Part shown: positions 38,812-47,350 of the stretch, in pieces | How positions within the stretch are numbered: position 1 is the stretch's first letter | How the letters are laid out: each line of letters starts with the position of its first letter | DNA from: Methanomassiliicoccales archaeon | GTDB taxonomy: Archaea; Thermoplasmatota; Thermoplasmata; Methanomassiliicoccales; UBA472 | DNA length: 64,000 nt | Assembly (NCBI GenBank): GCA_026394395.1 | Contig: JAPKYK010000005.1 | Coordinates: 65,500 to 129,499, forward strand | Reading direction: 5' to 3' | Position numbers and translations under genes: made by a program | The notes under the pieces: model-generated | Told to the model about the DNA's origin: nothing | What the model saw: only the letters and a program-made list of their open reading frames with translations | The model's database searches: none

Positions 38812-38828
38812 ATGGATATCTCATCCAT
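38812..38828. promoter_or_regulatory. palindromic operator-like site 2: ATGGAT-ATCTC-ATCCAT
   Basis: Read directly. The arms are perfect 6-bp repeats. The centre at 38820 is ~20 bp upstream of a TATA-like TTTATTA (38840-38846) and 76 nt upstream of the corrinoid-protein ATG. Confidence 0.6.
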
Positions 38829-38839
38829 CCATCCAAGGG

Positions 38840-38846
38840 TTTATTA
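38840..38846 (+). promoter_or_regulatory. TATA-like element (TTTATTA) of the corrinoid-protein gene
   Basis: It is an AT-rich heptamer ~50 nt upstream of the ATG at 38896. The strong SD AGGAGG lies at 38881-38886. The position fits an archaeal promoter, but the TSS is unknown. Confidence 0.35.
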
Positions 38847-38895
38847 GTCTAAATTGAAATTTGGAGGCAGCAAACTATTTAGGAGGAAATTAAAA

Positions 38896-39531
38896 ATGGC
38901 AAACATGGATGCATTGATCGAGATTGTTGTCAAGGGGAAGATTAAAGAGGCCAAGGGAGCCACCCAGGCGCTCTTGGACCAAGGAGTGACCGCTAAAGAG
39001 ATCATTTTCAAGGGCTTGAGCGAGGCCATGAAGATCGTCGGTGACAAGTACGAGAAGAAGGAGTACTTCCTGCCGCAGGTTCTTCTGTCCGCTCAGACCC
39101 TGTACCAGGGATTGAACGTGGCCCTGCCTAAGCTCGATGCTACCTCCGCTGCAGCCGCCGGAAAGATAGTCATCTGCGTGGTCGAGGGAGATGTGCACGA
39201 CATCGGTAAGAACATCTGCAAGGCCCTGCTGACCGGCGCCGGCAACACCATGTTCGACCTGGGACGCGACGTGCCCCTGAAGGACATCGTGCAGAAGGCT
39301 AAGGACGAGAGCGCCCAGATCATCGCCACCTCAACCCTCATGACCCCCACCCTGGCGGGCATGAAGGAGATCGAGAAGATGCTTAAGGAAGCCGGCCTGA
39401 AGGGCAAGATAAAGACCATGGTTGGTGGCGGCGCTACCTCCTCGGACTTTGCCAAGAGCATCGGCGCAGACGGATGGGGCTACGACGCCAACGAGGCGGT
39501 CCAAGTCGCCATCAAGCTGCTCGCGAAGTAA
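38896..39531 (+). CDS. methyltransferase cognate corrinoid protein (B12-binding, MtmC/MtbC/MtsB-like size)
   Basis: 211 aa from MANMDALIEIV. It has an N-terminal helical cap, the His-on motif GDVHDIGKN, STLMT and MVGGGA. I reject the 14-aa extension in the ORF track. Confidence 0.9.
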   Translation: MANMDALIEIVVKGKIKEAKGATQALLDQGVTAKEIIFKGLSEAMKIVGDKYEKKEYFLPQVLLSAQTLYQGLNVALPKLDATSAAAAGKIVICVVEGDVHDIGKNICKALLTGAGNTMFDLGRDVPLKDIVQKAKDESAQIIATSTLMTPTLAGMKEIEKMLKEAGLKGKIKTMVGGGATSSDFAKSIGADGWGYDANEAVQVAIKLLAK

Positions 39532-39532
39532 A

Positions 39533-39561
39533 CGGGGCTAACGCCCCCCAATTTTTTTTAT
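39533..39561 (+). terminator. hairpin + oligo-T terminator after the corrinoid gene
   Basis: The hairpin GGGGC-TAAC-GCCCC (39534-39547) is followed by CCAATTTTTTTTATTTT. Confidence 0.55.
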
Positions 39562-39638
39562 TTTATTTTATAATTATTAATATTTAATTATAAAAATAGT
39601 AAGTGCATTTTATTATACCATAAGGTCATCGGTATATC

Positions 39639-40418
39639 ATGACCGGAAACATATCCAACGAGACCGTTTCCATAGAGAACGAGATCGTCCATCTTAAGAA
39701 AAGGGTCGAGGAGATGAGCTTGGAGCTCAGGCACGTTGTTGCTCTATTACAATCCTCTCAAGGTTCCCTTTCGGCCAATAACGAACTATTCGATCTGTTG
39801 CGCGAGGAAGCGCGGGAAAAGGCCCTGACCCGGCTCGACGCCGGCATGGCCAAGCGTTGCGACATGCGTAAGGAGTGCCGGGGGAAGTTCGCCGGTTTCC
39901 TGGACGAGAACCTGGAACTCCTGGACCGCCCCCGGATCTCCGAGGCAGACATACATAATAGGACGGAGGCCTTGGAATCTTTGAAGGAAAATGCGGTACC
40001 CGGGAGATGCGACGGATGCTTCAACGAGGTGGGCGCTCTCTTTCAACAGCAGATGCAGCTCATGCGTGCCCTGAAACTGTACCAGAGCCAAGAGGACGTG
40101 CGTAACAGCATCGACATCCTGCCGGAGGCTGAGGTGGTCAAAGACCTTCTCGAACCATTGTCCAACGTCCAGAGGCTAATAATACTCAAATCCCTGCTCA
40201 AGACACCACGCTCCTTCACGGAGCTATCCTCGCTGACCCATCTTCGCGGAGGTAACTTGTTGTTCCATCTGCAGCGTCTGACAGCCTCGGAGCTGATATC
40301 TCAGAGAAGTGGGCGCGGTGAATACGCCCTCTCGGAAAAGGGGATGAGGGCGTTAGAGATGGTGAACGACCTTTACCAGCGGACCACGACGTCCGGTAAC
40401 GGGACCAAAGGAGAATGA
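39639..40418 (+). CDS. transcriptional regulator: N-terminal coiled-coil/Cys4 domain + C-terminal ArsR-like wHTH
   Basis: The C-terminus is LSNVQRLIILKSLLKTPRSFTELSSLTHLRGGNLLFHLQRLTASELISQRSGRGEYALSEKG. The N-terminal half holds RCDMRKEC (Cx5C) and RCDGC (Cx2C). Confidence 0.6.
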   Translation: MTGNISNETVSIENEIVHLKKRVEEMSLELRHVVALLQSSQGSLSANNELFDLLREEAREKALTRLDAGMAKRCDMRKECRGKFAGFLDENLELLDRPRISEADIHNRTEALESLKENAVPGRCDGCFNEVGALFQQQMQLMRALKLYQSQEDVRNSIDILPEAEVVKDLLEPLSNVQRLIILKSLLKTPRSFTELSSLTHLRGGNLLFHLQRLTASELISQRSGRGEYALSEKGMRALEMVNDLYQRTTTSGNGTKGE

Positions 40419-40531
40419 ACCGACCGTAAGTATGCCCTTCAGAGGCATCCTATCAGAACTGCGACGATGGAAAACCCCGATATTATGGACGAAAGGCCTT
40501 CCAGCCTGCGCAAATTCTATTTATCAGGAAA

Positions 40532-41926
40532 ATGGTCATCATCGGCAATAGGGTGAGGGCGACGAAGGTCTTTTCCAGCCGGGCGATCCTTGGGATGTTG
40601 TTGGGATGGGCCCTGGCCTTCGAAGGGTTCTTCGCCCTTTCTATCGCCAATTCGGCCACCATAGAAGGCATTGGTGGCATCAAAGCCTCGACGTTCTCAT
40701 TGGCCGCCACCCAGCTCGTCTTGTTGGGTGCGTTCATCTCCATCGTCTGGGTTATTAAGGCGGCACTTCCCGAAATCGACAAAAGGATATGGGGAAAGCT
40801 ATTGAGCCTCCTCACCTACCTGGGGATGGCCCTAATAATCCTCGAAGGTTTGATTATCGTATTCAATGCCGGGGATGTGGTAGTAACCAATTTCGGGAAA
40901 GTCTCCAAGATATACATCGTGCTAACTGGGGCGCAGCTATTCGCCTTGGGCGGACTCTCCCTACGGCTGTGGCGGCTGCGAAACGTCCAACCAACCAACT
41001 GGCTGATGGATTCCCTGGGCTCGTTCGTTGCCTCATTGCTCATGGCCGAGGGTTTGATCATTATTGGCATGGCCGCGTACACGAAAATCAAAGGATTGGG
41101 AGGGGTGCTCGAGCAAACGGTCTATAATGCTGGGGTCCAGCTTTTCTTGATCGGTGCGCTCATATTCATTCTTTGGATCATTGTTCAAGACCCATGGTTC
41201 GGTCAGAGGATAAGTAAAATACTAGCCGAAAGGAAGGTTTTCCTTATAGTTGTTGTACTTAGCTGTATTATTGCCATCGAAGGGGTCTTAGCCTCGACAT
41301 GGTCAGGGGATATAACCATCGAGGACGTCGGGGGCATACGCAAGATGTTCATCGTTGCCGGATGTGCCCAGCTCTTTGCATTAGGCGCACTTACACCTCT
41401 TCTGTGGAAGCTCCGATTACGCAAGCTGAATTTGAACTTCTTGCCAGAACTATTCAGTCCATTGGCCATGGTGGTATTGGCTACCGAGGGGGTTGTCGCC
41501 ATGGGACTAGCCGCCAGCACTCGGATCGATGGTATTGGCGGTATCAAGGAGAGCACATTCTTCCTCGCCGGAGAGCAGCTATTGATATTGTCACTAATCG
41601 GCCTATTAGCATTCCTATTGAAGGACAGCTCTATTCTAAGAAAAAGGTCCAGGCGCATAGTGATATCTTTACCGATAATATCCTTAGGCATCGTAGGGTT
41701 AGAGGGGATCGCAGCGACCGTTTTAGCTGCACAAATGTGGATCACGGACTTCAGCAGCGTGAGGGAGCAGTACGTCCTGCTTGTCGGATTACAAATGGCT
41801 ATAATCTCCGTGATAGCCCTGGCATCCTGGGCTCGTTCCGAAGGGATGACCTTTAAGTTCAAGGCCACCGCCACAGGGGCGGCGGCCTTCGTGGTCCTGA
41901 TGCTTCCCATAGCCATTCTGATATGA
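40532..41926 (+). CDS. integral membrane protein built of six tandem 2-TM modules (unrecognised family)
   Basis: 464 aa. A conserved E-G occurs at residues 31, 105, 173, 250, 319 and 391. Each is followed exactly 30 residues later by Q and 42 residues later by W (F in repeat 5). Confidence 0.7.
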   Translation: MVIIGNRVRATKVFSSRAILGMLLGWALAFEGFFALSIANSATIEGIGGIKASTFSLAATQLVLLGAFISIVWVIKAALPEIDKRIWGKLLSLLTYLGMALIILEGLIIVFNAGDVVVTNFGKVSKIYIVLTGAQLFALGGLSLRLWRLRNVQPTNWLMDSLGSFVASLLMAEGLIIIGMAAYTKIKGLGGVLEQTVYNAGVQLFLIGALIFILWIIVQDPWFGQRISKILAERKVFLIVVVLSCIIAIEGVLASTWSGDITIEDVGGIRKMFIVAGCAQLFALGALTPLLWKLRLRKLNLNFLPELFSPLAMVVLATEGVVAMGLAASTRIDGIGGIKESTFFLAGEQLLILSLIGLLAFLLKDSSILRKRSRRIVISLPIISLGIVGLEGIAATVLAAQMWITDFSSVREQYVLLVGLQMAIISVIALASWARSEGMTFKFKATATGAAAFVVLMLPIAILI

Positions 41927-41978
41927 ACAATCAAAGGAAACTTTTATATTCTGTATTTTTTTTCATTGAGCGATAACC

Positions 41979-43955
41979 ATGGCCGAAAGGAAACTTGGGT
42001 TGGGTCTAGACACGGGCGGCACGTACACGGACGCGGCAGTTGTGGACATGTCCACCTTTGAGGTGCTGGCCAAAGCGAAGTCACCCACCACCTACCACGA
42101 CCTGTCCATTGGGGTCCTGGGAGCGATCGACGGCGTCCTGAAATCAGGCAGCTTCGATCCAGCCGACATAATGTTCGTTGGCCTTTCCACAACCTTGGCC
42201 ACGAACTCCATTTTGACTGGTAAGGGGGGCAGGGTCGGTCACATCGCCATCGGGTGGACCCCAATGCAGGAATACAGGTCCGGAGCGGACATGGACGCTT
42301 ACATAAAAGGTGGCCATGGTGTATGGGCCCAGCAGCAGGAACCCCTGGATACCGAGGCGCTCAAGAAGGCCATCACGGAAATGCAACCGAACGTTGATTC
42401 ATTCGTAGTATCAGCCCATTTCAGCGTCTACAATCCCGACCATGAGAAGGAAGCCGCCCGCATGATCAAGGAAATGACCGGGATGCCCGTGGTGATGGGG
42501 CACCAACTAGCCTCCGAGCTGGGTGTGCCGGAAAGGAGCGTGACCGCTATACTGAACGCCCGGCTGCTACCGGTGTTGTCCGAATTCCTGGACGGCGTAG
42601 AGCGTTCCCTACACGAACGTGGAATAACCGCGGCCATACTGGTCTTTAAGGGGGACGGCACCCTGATGAACATCGAAACGGCTAAGGAGCGACCGGTGGA
42701 GACCATACTCTCTGGTCCGGCGGCCAGTCTCATGGGGGGTAAGGTCCTCTGCGACGAGAAGGACTTTATCATGGTGGACATCGGAGGGACGTCCACCGAT
42801 ATCGCCTATCTGGACGACGGTTTCCCCCGCATATCCAAAGAAGGGGCCACCGTGGGCAACTGGCGCACCCGGGTCAAGGCCATCGACATCTGGACCGTGG
42901 GGCTGGGGGGAGATTCGCACGTGATCTCCGACCAGAAGGGAGAGTTCAAGATCGGTCCAGAGAGGGTGGTGCCGTTGGCCATCGCCGCATCCGAATTTCC
43001 AGAAATAAAGGAAAAGATGAAGGCCACCAGTGAGACCAATTACTTCATTCATGTGGAACGGAGCACCGAAAAACTAAGCTCCAAGGAAAAAGAGGTCTAC
43101 GAGTTCGTCAAAACCCATCCGATATGCACCTTGGAGGAGATCAGGGTGGGAGCGCCAGAGGTGTACACGTACCGAGACGTGGTGAAGCGGCTCAAGAACC
43201 GCGGGTTCCTGCAGATGTGTGGGCTGACGCCCACGGACTTTATGCACGTCCAGGGTTTCTTTGACCGTTTCGACATCGAGGCGGCCAGGATGGGCGTGCA
43301 GTTCATGGCCAACTGGGCCAAGATGAACTTCGACGAGTACGTCGAGTCCTTCCACCAAGAAATGATCACCCGGATGGGCGAGGAGATCATGAGGAAGGTC
43401 GTACTGGACGGATCGAGCGAGATGCCCGATTCCCCCGGTTTCAACTACCTTCTGAGAGCGTCGGTCAACGGGAACAGGGGGAGTAACTTGGTGATGAGGA
43501 CCAATATCGGACGTCCTCTGGTAGGCATCGGAGCCCCGGCGCACATCTACATGCCGCCCCTGGAGAAGCGCATGGACGTCAAGGTGATAATACCCAAAGA
43601 ACACGACGTCGGCAACGCCGTGGGAGCGGTCTGCAGCCAGATATCTGAGACCGTTACCGTTCAGGTGTACCCGAACATGGACAACGTCTTCTTCGTGCTC
43701 GGGCCGTTCGGTTCTCCGGTCACCTACAGCCACTTGGAACAGGCCATCAGCAGCGCCCGCTGTCAGGCCGAGGAGTTCGTGAGGAACCGTGTCTACGAGG
43801 CCGGGGCTGAGAACATCCGGGTCCGCAGCGACGTAAACGCGAACAAGTTCTTCGGTGGGGACAACGTGGAAGGGGAGCAGACTGCCTGGGTGGACGTCGT
43901 GGCCCGGGCCACTGGTGACCCCAAGCCCCCGGAAAAGAAGAAGAGCTCACTCTAA
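41979..43955 (+). CDS. hydantoinase/oxoprolinase (HyuA-like) ASKHA-fold ATPase family protein
   Basis: LGLGLDTGGTYTDAAVVD at the N-terminus. The central region PERSVTAILNARLLPV...ETILSGPAASLMGG...IMVDIGGTSTDIAYL...WTVGLGGDS is characteristic of Hydantoinase_A. No HyuB partner is present in the window. Confidence 0.75.
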   Translation: MAERKLGLGLDTGGTYTDAAVVDMSTFEVLAKAKSPTTYHDLSIGVLGAIDGVLKSGSFDPADIMFVGLSTTLATNSILTGKGGRVGHIAIGWTPMQEYRSGADMDAYIKGGHGVWAQQQEPLDTEALKKAITEMQPNVDSFVVSAHFSVYNPDHEKEAARMIKEMTGMPVVMGHQLASELGVPERSVTAILNARLLPVLSEFLDGVERSLHERGITAAILVFKGDGTLMNIETAKERPVETILSGPAASLMGGKVLCDEKDFIMVDIGGTSTDIAYLDDGFPRISKEGATVGNWRTRVKAIDIWTVGLGGDSHVISDQKGEFKIGPERVVPLAIAASEFPEIKEKMKATSETNYFIHVERSTEKLSSKEKEVYEFVKTHPICTLEEIRVGAPEVYTYRDVVKRLKNRGFLQMCGLTPTDFMHVQGFFDRFDIEAARMGVQFMANWAKMNFDEYVESFHQEMITRMGEEIMRKVVLDGSSEMPDSPGFNYLLRASVNGNRGSNLVMRTNIGRPLVGIGAPAHIYMPPLEKRMDVKVIIPKEHDVGNAVGAVCSQISETVTVQVYPNMDNVFFVLGPFGSPVTYSHLEQAISSARCQAEEFVRNRVYEAGAENIRVRSDVNANKFFGGDNVEGEQTAWVDVVARATGDPKPPEKKKSSL

Positions 43956-44155
43956 GGACCGTACTTCGTCGGACCCCAGGCTCAGGGCGCGGGATCGTGC
44001 AATAAGCCCAGCCCCCACCCAAGCGGCGCTTAGAATGCCTGAAGGCACCAGGCAGTTGGCGCGACTATTATTAGTATATTTTAAATACTATATATTATCT
44101 CTAAGAACACATCTGTGAAAGCAAGGGGCTGACGGATACTTTCTTATAATCGTCC

Positions 44156-45250
44156 ATGATATCTGTTTCAATAATAGTTGAAATAGAAGGTGAACTAACG
44201 GCGGACATATTGTTCGTGGCGCTGCAGAGCGGCTTAGACGGTCTTATCGAATACATTTCCCAACATACCTTGACCTGCCTGGTCCCGGCCTTCTTCATCG
44301 CCGGGGCCATTGCTGCGTTCGTCAAGAAAGAGGCTATACTGAAATATTTCGGACCTCAGACCAAGAAATACATCTCCTATCCGATAGCCTCGATCTCCGG
44401 CCTGGTCCTGGCCGTCTGCAGCTGTACAATATTACCGCTCTTCACCGGCATATACAAGAAAGGAAGCGGACTAGGCCCAGCAATAACATTTCTGTTCGCC
44501 GGGCCGGGCATCAACGTGCTGGCGATAATCTATACCGCCCAGGTGCTCGGATACGACATCGGTCTGGCCAGGGCTGTGGCGGCTATCGGGATGTCAGTTA
44601 TAGTCGGCGCCATCATGGCCTGGATATTCAGGAAGGAGCAGCCCAAGGGGGAGCTGAAGATCATCTCCAGTGGTAAGGACAAGCCAAGATGGGTAACTTT
44701 CAGCTTCTTCGTCCTGCTGATACTTATATTAGTGACCGGGGCTTCGCAGCTGGACTGGACCATAAGGCTGGCCGTCGTATACGTGCTGACATTATTGGTC
44801 GCCTACCTGCTCATCTACCACTTCGAAAGGGACGAGGTGACCGATTGGGGAATGGAGACCTGGGACTTGACCAAGAAGATATTTCCCATCCTGCTGATAG
44901 GCACTTTCTTCGTCGGCGTGCTGGCGTACTTCCTGCCCCCGGAGACGTTCCGACCCTATCTCGGAGGCAACTCCGTGCTCGCCAACCTGCTGGCCTCGCT
45001 CCTCGGAGCCATCTTGTACATGCCCACGCTGCTGGAGGTTCCGATCATCGGGACCACCTTCGGTTACACGACTGGGGTCATCGGGGCCGGTCCGGCGCTG
45101 GCGCTCCTGATGTCCGGTCCTACCGTGAGCGCCCCATCCCTATTCGTATTAGGAGGGATCATGGGGTGGAAGAAGACCCTGGCCTATGCTCTGCTGGTGA
45201 TATTAATGTCGACAATGGCCGGCCTAATTTTCGGAGCGCTGGTGGGCTGA
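44156..45250 (+). CDS. COG0701-type permease with vicinal-cysteine CSC motif (ArsP-like family)
   Basis: 364 aa, polytopic, with LAVCSCTILPLF in a TM segment. It is followed by the thioredoxin-like and DGC genes that commonly accompany this permease family. Confidence 0.8.
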   Translation: MISVSIIVEIEGELTADILFVALQSGLDGLIEYISQHTLTCLVPAFFIAGAIAAFVKKEAILKYFGPQTKKYISYPIASISGLVLAVCSCTILPLFTGIYKKGSGLGPAITFLFAGPGINVLAIIYTAQVLGYDIGLARAVAAIGMSVIVGAIMAWIFRKEQPKGELKIISSGKDKPRWVTFSFFVLLILILVTGASQLDWTIRLAVVYVLTLLVAYLLIYHFERDEVTDWGMETWDLTKKIFPILLIGTFFVGVLAYFLPPETFRPYLGGNSVLANLLASLLGAILYMPTLLEVPIIGTTFGYTTGVIGAGPALALLMSGPTVSAPSLFVLGGIMGWKKTLAYALLVILMSTMAGLIFGALVG

Positions 45251-45311
45251 TGTCAGATACAACAATGAAGACCAAACCGTCATCAAGGAATTCGCGTTGG
45301 AGGTGAGATCG

Positions 45312-45545
45312 ATGAAGATAGAAATATTCGGTACGGGTTGCGCCAAATGCAAGAGACTGGAGAAGAACGTGCACGAGGCGGTCGCTACCGCTGGAATCGA
45401 CGCCCAGGTGGTCAAGATCGAGGACATTGACGCCATAATGGAGCAGGGCATCATGGTGACCCCTGCCCTGGCCATCGACGGTGACGTCAAACTGATGGGA
45501 AAGGTCCCATCCGTAGAGGAACTGGTCAGGTTGATCAAGGGGTGA
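45312..45545 (+). CDS. thioredoxin-fold protein (redox-active disulfide protein 2 / MTH895-like)
   Basis: MKIEIFGTGCAKCKRLEKNV...VTPALAIDGDVKLMGKVPSVEEL. The SD GGAGGTGA lies upstream of the ATG at 45312. Confidence 0.8.
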   Translation: MKIEIFGTGCAKCKRLEKNVHEAVATAGIDAQVVKIEDIDAIMEQGIMVTPALAIDGDVKLMGKVPSVEELVRLIKG

Positions 45546-45949
45546 TGGTCTTGGAGAAAGCCAAGTGTTCGTGCGGCGGGACGACCATCGTCTACGCCTG
45601 CGCCGGCGCGGCCAACCTGGGACAGGCCTGCAACGAGATGGCCTTGAGGCTGGTGGAGCAAGGAAGGGCCAGGATGGGATGCCTGGCCGGGGTGGGAGGG
45701 CACGTGCCGAACATGGTCATGTCCGCGCGGAGCGCCGATCAGGTCATCACGTTAGATGGGTGTGCGGTACAATGTGCCAGAAAGGTTCTTGAGCACAATG
45801 ACGTCGTTCCCATGATCCATATCGTAGCTACCGATCTGGGTCTGACCAAGGTCATGGGGCAACGATGGAAGGGAGATGAGGTTAGTGCGATCAGCGAGGC
45901 CTTCGACCGCCTTAAACCCCGAAAAAATGACATAACGCAAATCGAGTGA
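45545..45949 (+). CDS. DGC-domain putative zinc-binding protein
   Basis: CSCGGTTIVYACAGAANLGQ...ITLDGCAVQCARK. The start overlaps the preceding stop (TGATG). Confidence 0.7.
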   Translation: MVLEKAKCSCGGTTIVYACAGAANLGQACNEMALRLVEQGRARMGCLAGVGGHVPNMVMSARSADQVITLDGCAVQCARKVLEHNDVVPMIHIVATDLGLTKVMGQRWKGDEVSAISEAFDRLKPRKNDITQIE

Positions 45950-46145
45950 CCGCTCGTTCTTACACGGGGATCAGTTCAGTTTCTTCCCCATATCCTATTT
46001 TCCGAACTAGACTGTCTACACGCCCAGCTCCGATACCTCGATCCATTTGTATCGATTCGGTCAAACTAAGGCCATGAATGCAGAATTACAATTTCACGAA
46101 TTTAAGAAAAATAAAGAAAAAGGAAAAAAAGGGATTTGAGGGCGT

Positions 46146-47165
46146 TTAGCCCTTTACGGACTTGACCAGTGCGGCCAGATTGTCGTTCGAGATCAGGGCG
46201 GAAAGCCCGCATCCCGGAGAGACCACATCGAAGCCGGCGGCAGCGCAGCGCTTTCCGTGGGCCAGGACGTCCGCAGGGGTTCCCTGCAGCAGCGGGTTGA
46301 CGACACCGACGTTACCGATCAGGGCGGCGCGGTGGTTGACGATCTTGACCGCGTCTTCCGGAACGACCTTCTCCTCGATGGACAGGGCCTTGCATCCGGT
46401 GTTGATCATGTTGTTCAGGATGTCGGTTGTATTGCCGCATATGTGCAGGCAACCAGTGGCTCCCTTGACCGGGGCCAGGCTATCGGCCATGTAAATGCCC
46501 GCGTACTCGTTGAACATGTCCGGGGACAGTAGGTCGGTGCTGGCGGACGGCTCGGACATCTGCACGACATCGGCACCGGCATCGGCCAGGGCTTGGCTGT
46601 ATCCCTTGCAGATGACGTTAGCGGCCTTGACCCAATTGTGCACCAGGGGTGGGTCCACCATGATGTACAGCACGAGGTTCTCGGTGCTGACCAGATGACC
46701 GGCCAAGGTGAACGGTCCGGTGTTACCGGCGATGATCGGGTACTCGTGGCCATACTGGGCCTTCATCTTCTTTACGGCTTCCTGGCAGATGGCGGCGCGG
46801 CCGCTCTTGAGGAACGTGGTAACGTCCATCAGATTGGGCGTGTCCTCCATCTGGTAGGGATGCCCCTTAACCATGGGGGTCCTGTCCTTGCGGCCTGGAT
46901 CCACCTTGGTCACTCCCAAGCTGTCAATCTCAACGGTCAGGCAGAACGGGCACCTGACGGCCTCGAACCCGAAGACCTTGGCCTGTCCGGCACCCAGCTT
47001 GACCATCAGGTCGGCGTTGTAGTGGGCGTCGGGCCAGCTGACACCTAATGCGTCCATCTGTCCCATAGTGGCGCTCTGTGTGAAAACCGCGACCGGCGGC
47101 CTTTCATGCTGCTTGCCCTTCAATGCATCCAGTACTCTCTCCCTTGGAGTTATGTTTTTAGACAA
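46146..47165 (-). CDS. mtaA: methylcobamide:CoM methyltransferase (MtaA/MtbA type, URO-D family)
   Basis: 339 aa. ITPRERVLDALKGKQHERPPV and the Zn-ligand pattern HICGN ... SPGCG. Whether it is the MtaA or MtbA isozyme cannot be told from the sequence by eye. Confidence 0.85.
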   Translation of the reverse strand: MSKNITPRERVLDALKGKQHERPPVAVFTQSATMGQMDALGVSWPDAHYNADLMVKLGAGQAKVFGFEAVRCPFCLTVEIDSLGVTKVDPGRKDRTPMVKGHPYQMEDTPNLMDVTTFLKSGRAAICQEAVKKMKAQYGHEYPIIAGNTGPFTLAGHLVSTENLVLYIMVDPPLVHNWVKAANVICKGYSQALADAGADVVQMSEPSASTDLLSPDMFNEYAGIYMADSLAPVKGATGCLHICGNTTDILNNMINTGCKALSIEEKVVPEDAVKIVNHRAALIGNVGVVNPLLQGTPADVLAHGKRCAAAGFDVVSPGCGLSALISNDNLAALVKSVKG

Positions 47166-47350
47166 ATTTATTCCCCCTATTATCCAGTAGGAATCTAACC
47201 TAGTTTAAGTATCTAGTTTACCGTACATTAAGCTATCGGGGCTTTATGTATTCAAACCATCCTTTAACATTGGTTAATATTTTCCATCTGGCTCGGTGAG
47301 GCCCTATCGAAACAATTGTAAATAATTTAACAAGTGTTCAACCAATCGAC

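Noticed and set aside
43956-44080. GC-rich 120-bp non-coding stretch after the HyuA-like gene, with a GCGC/TGCCTG...CAGGCA/GCGC hairpin (~44026-44067).
   Set aside because: No tRNA or known ncRNA features are evident. It is most simply a transcript-end structure. It cannot be evaluated without covariation or expression data.
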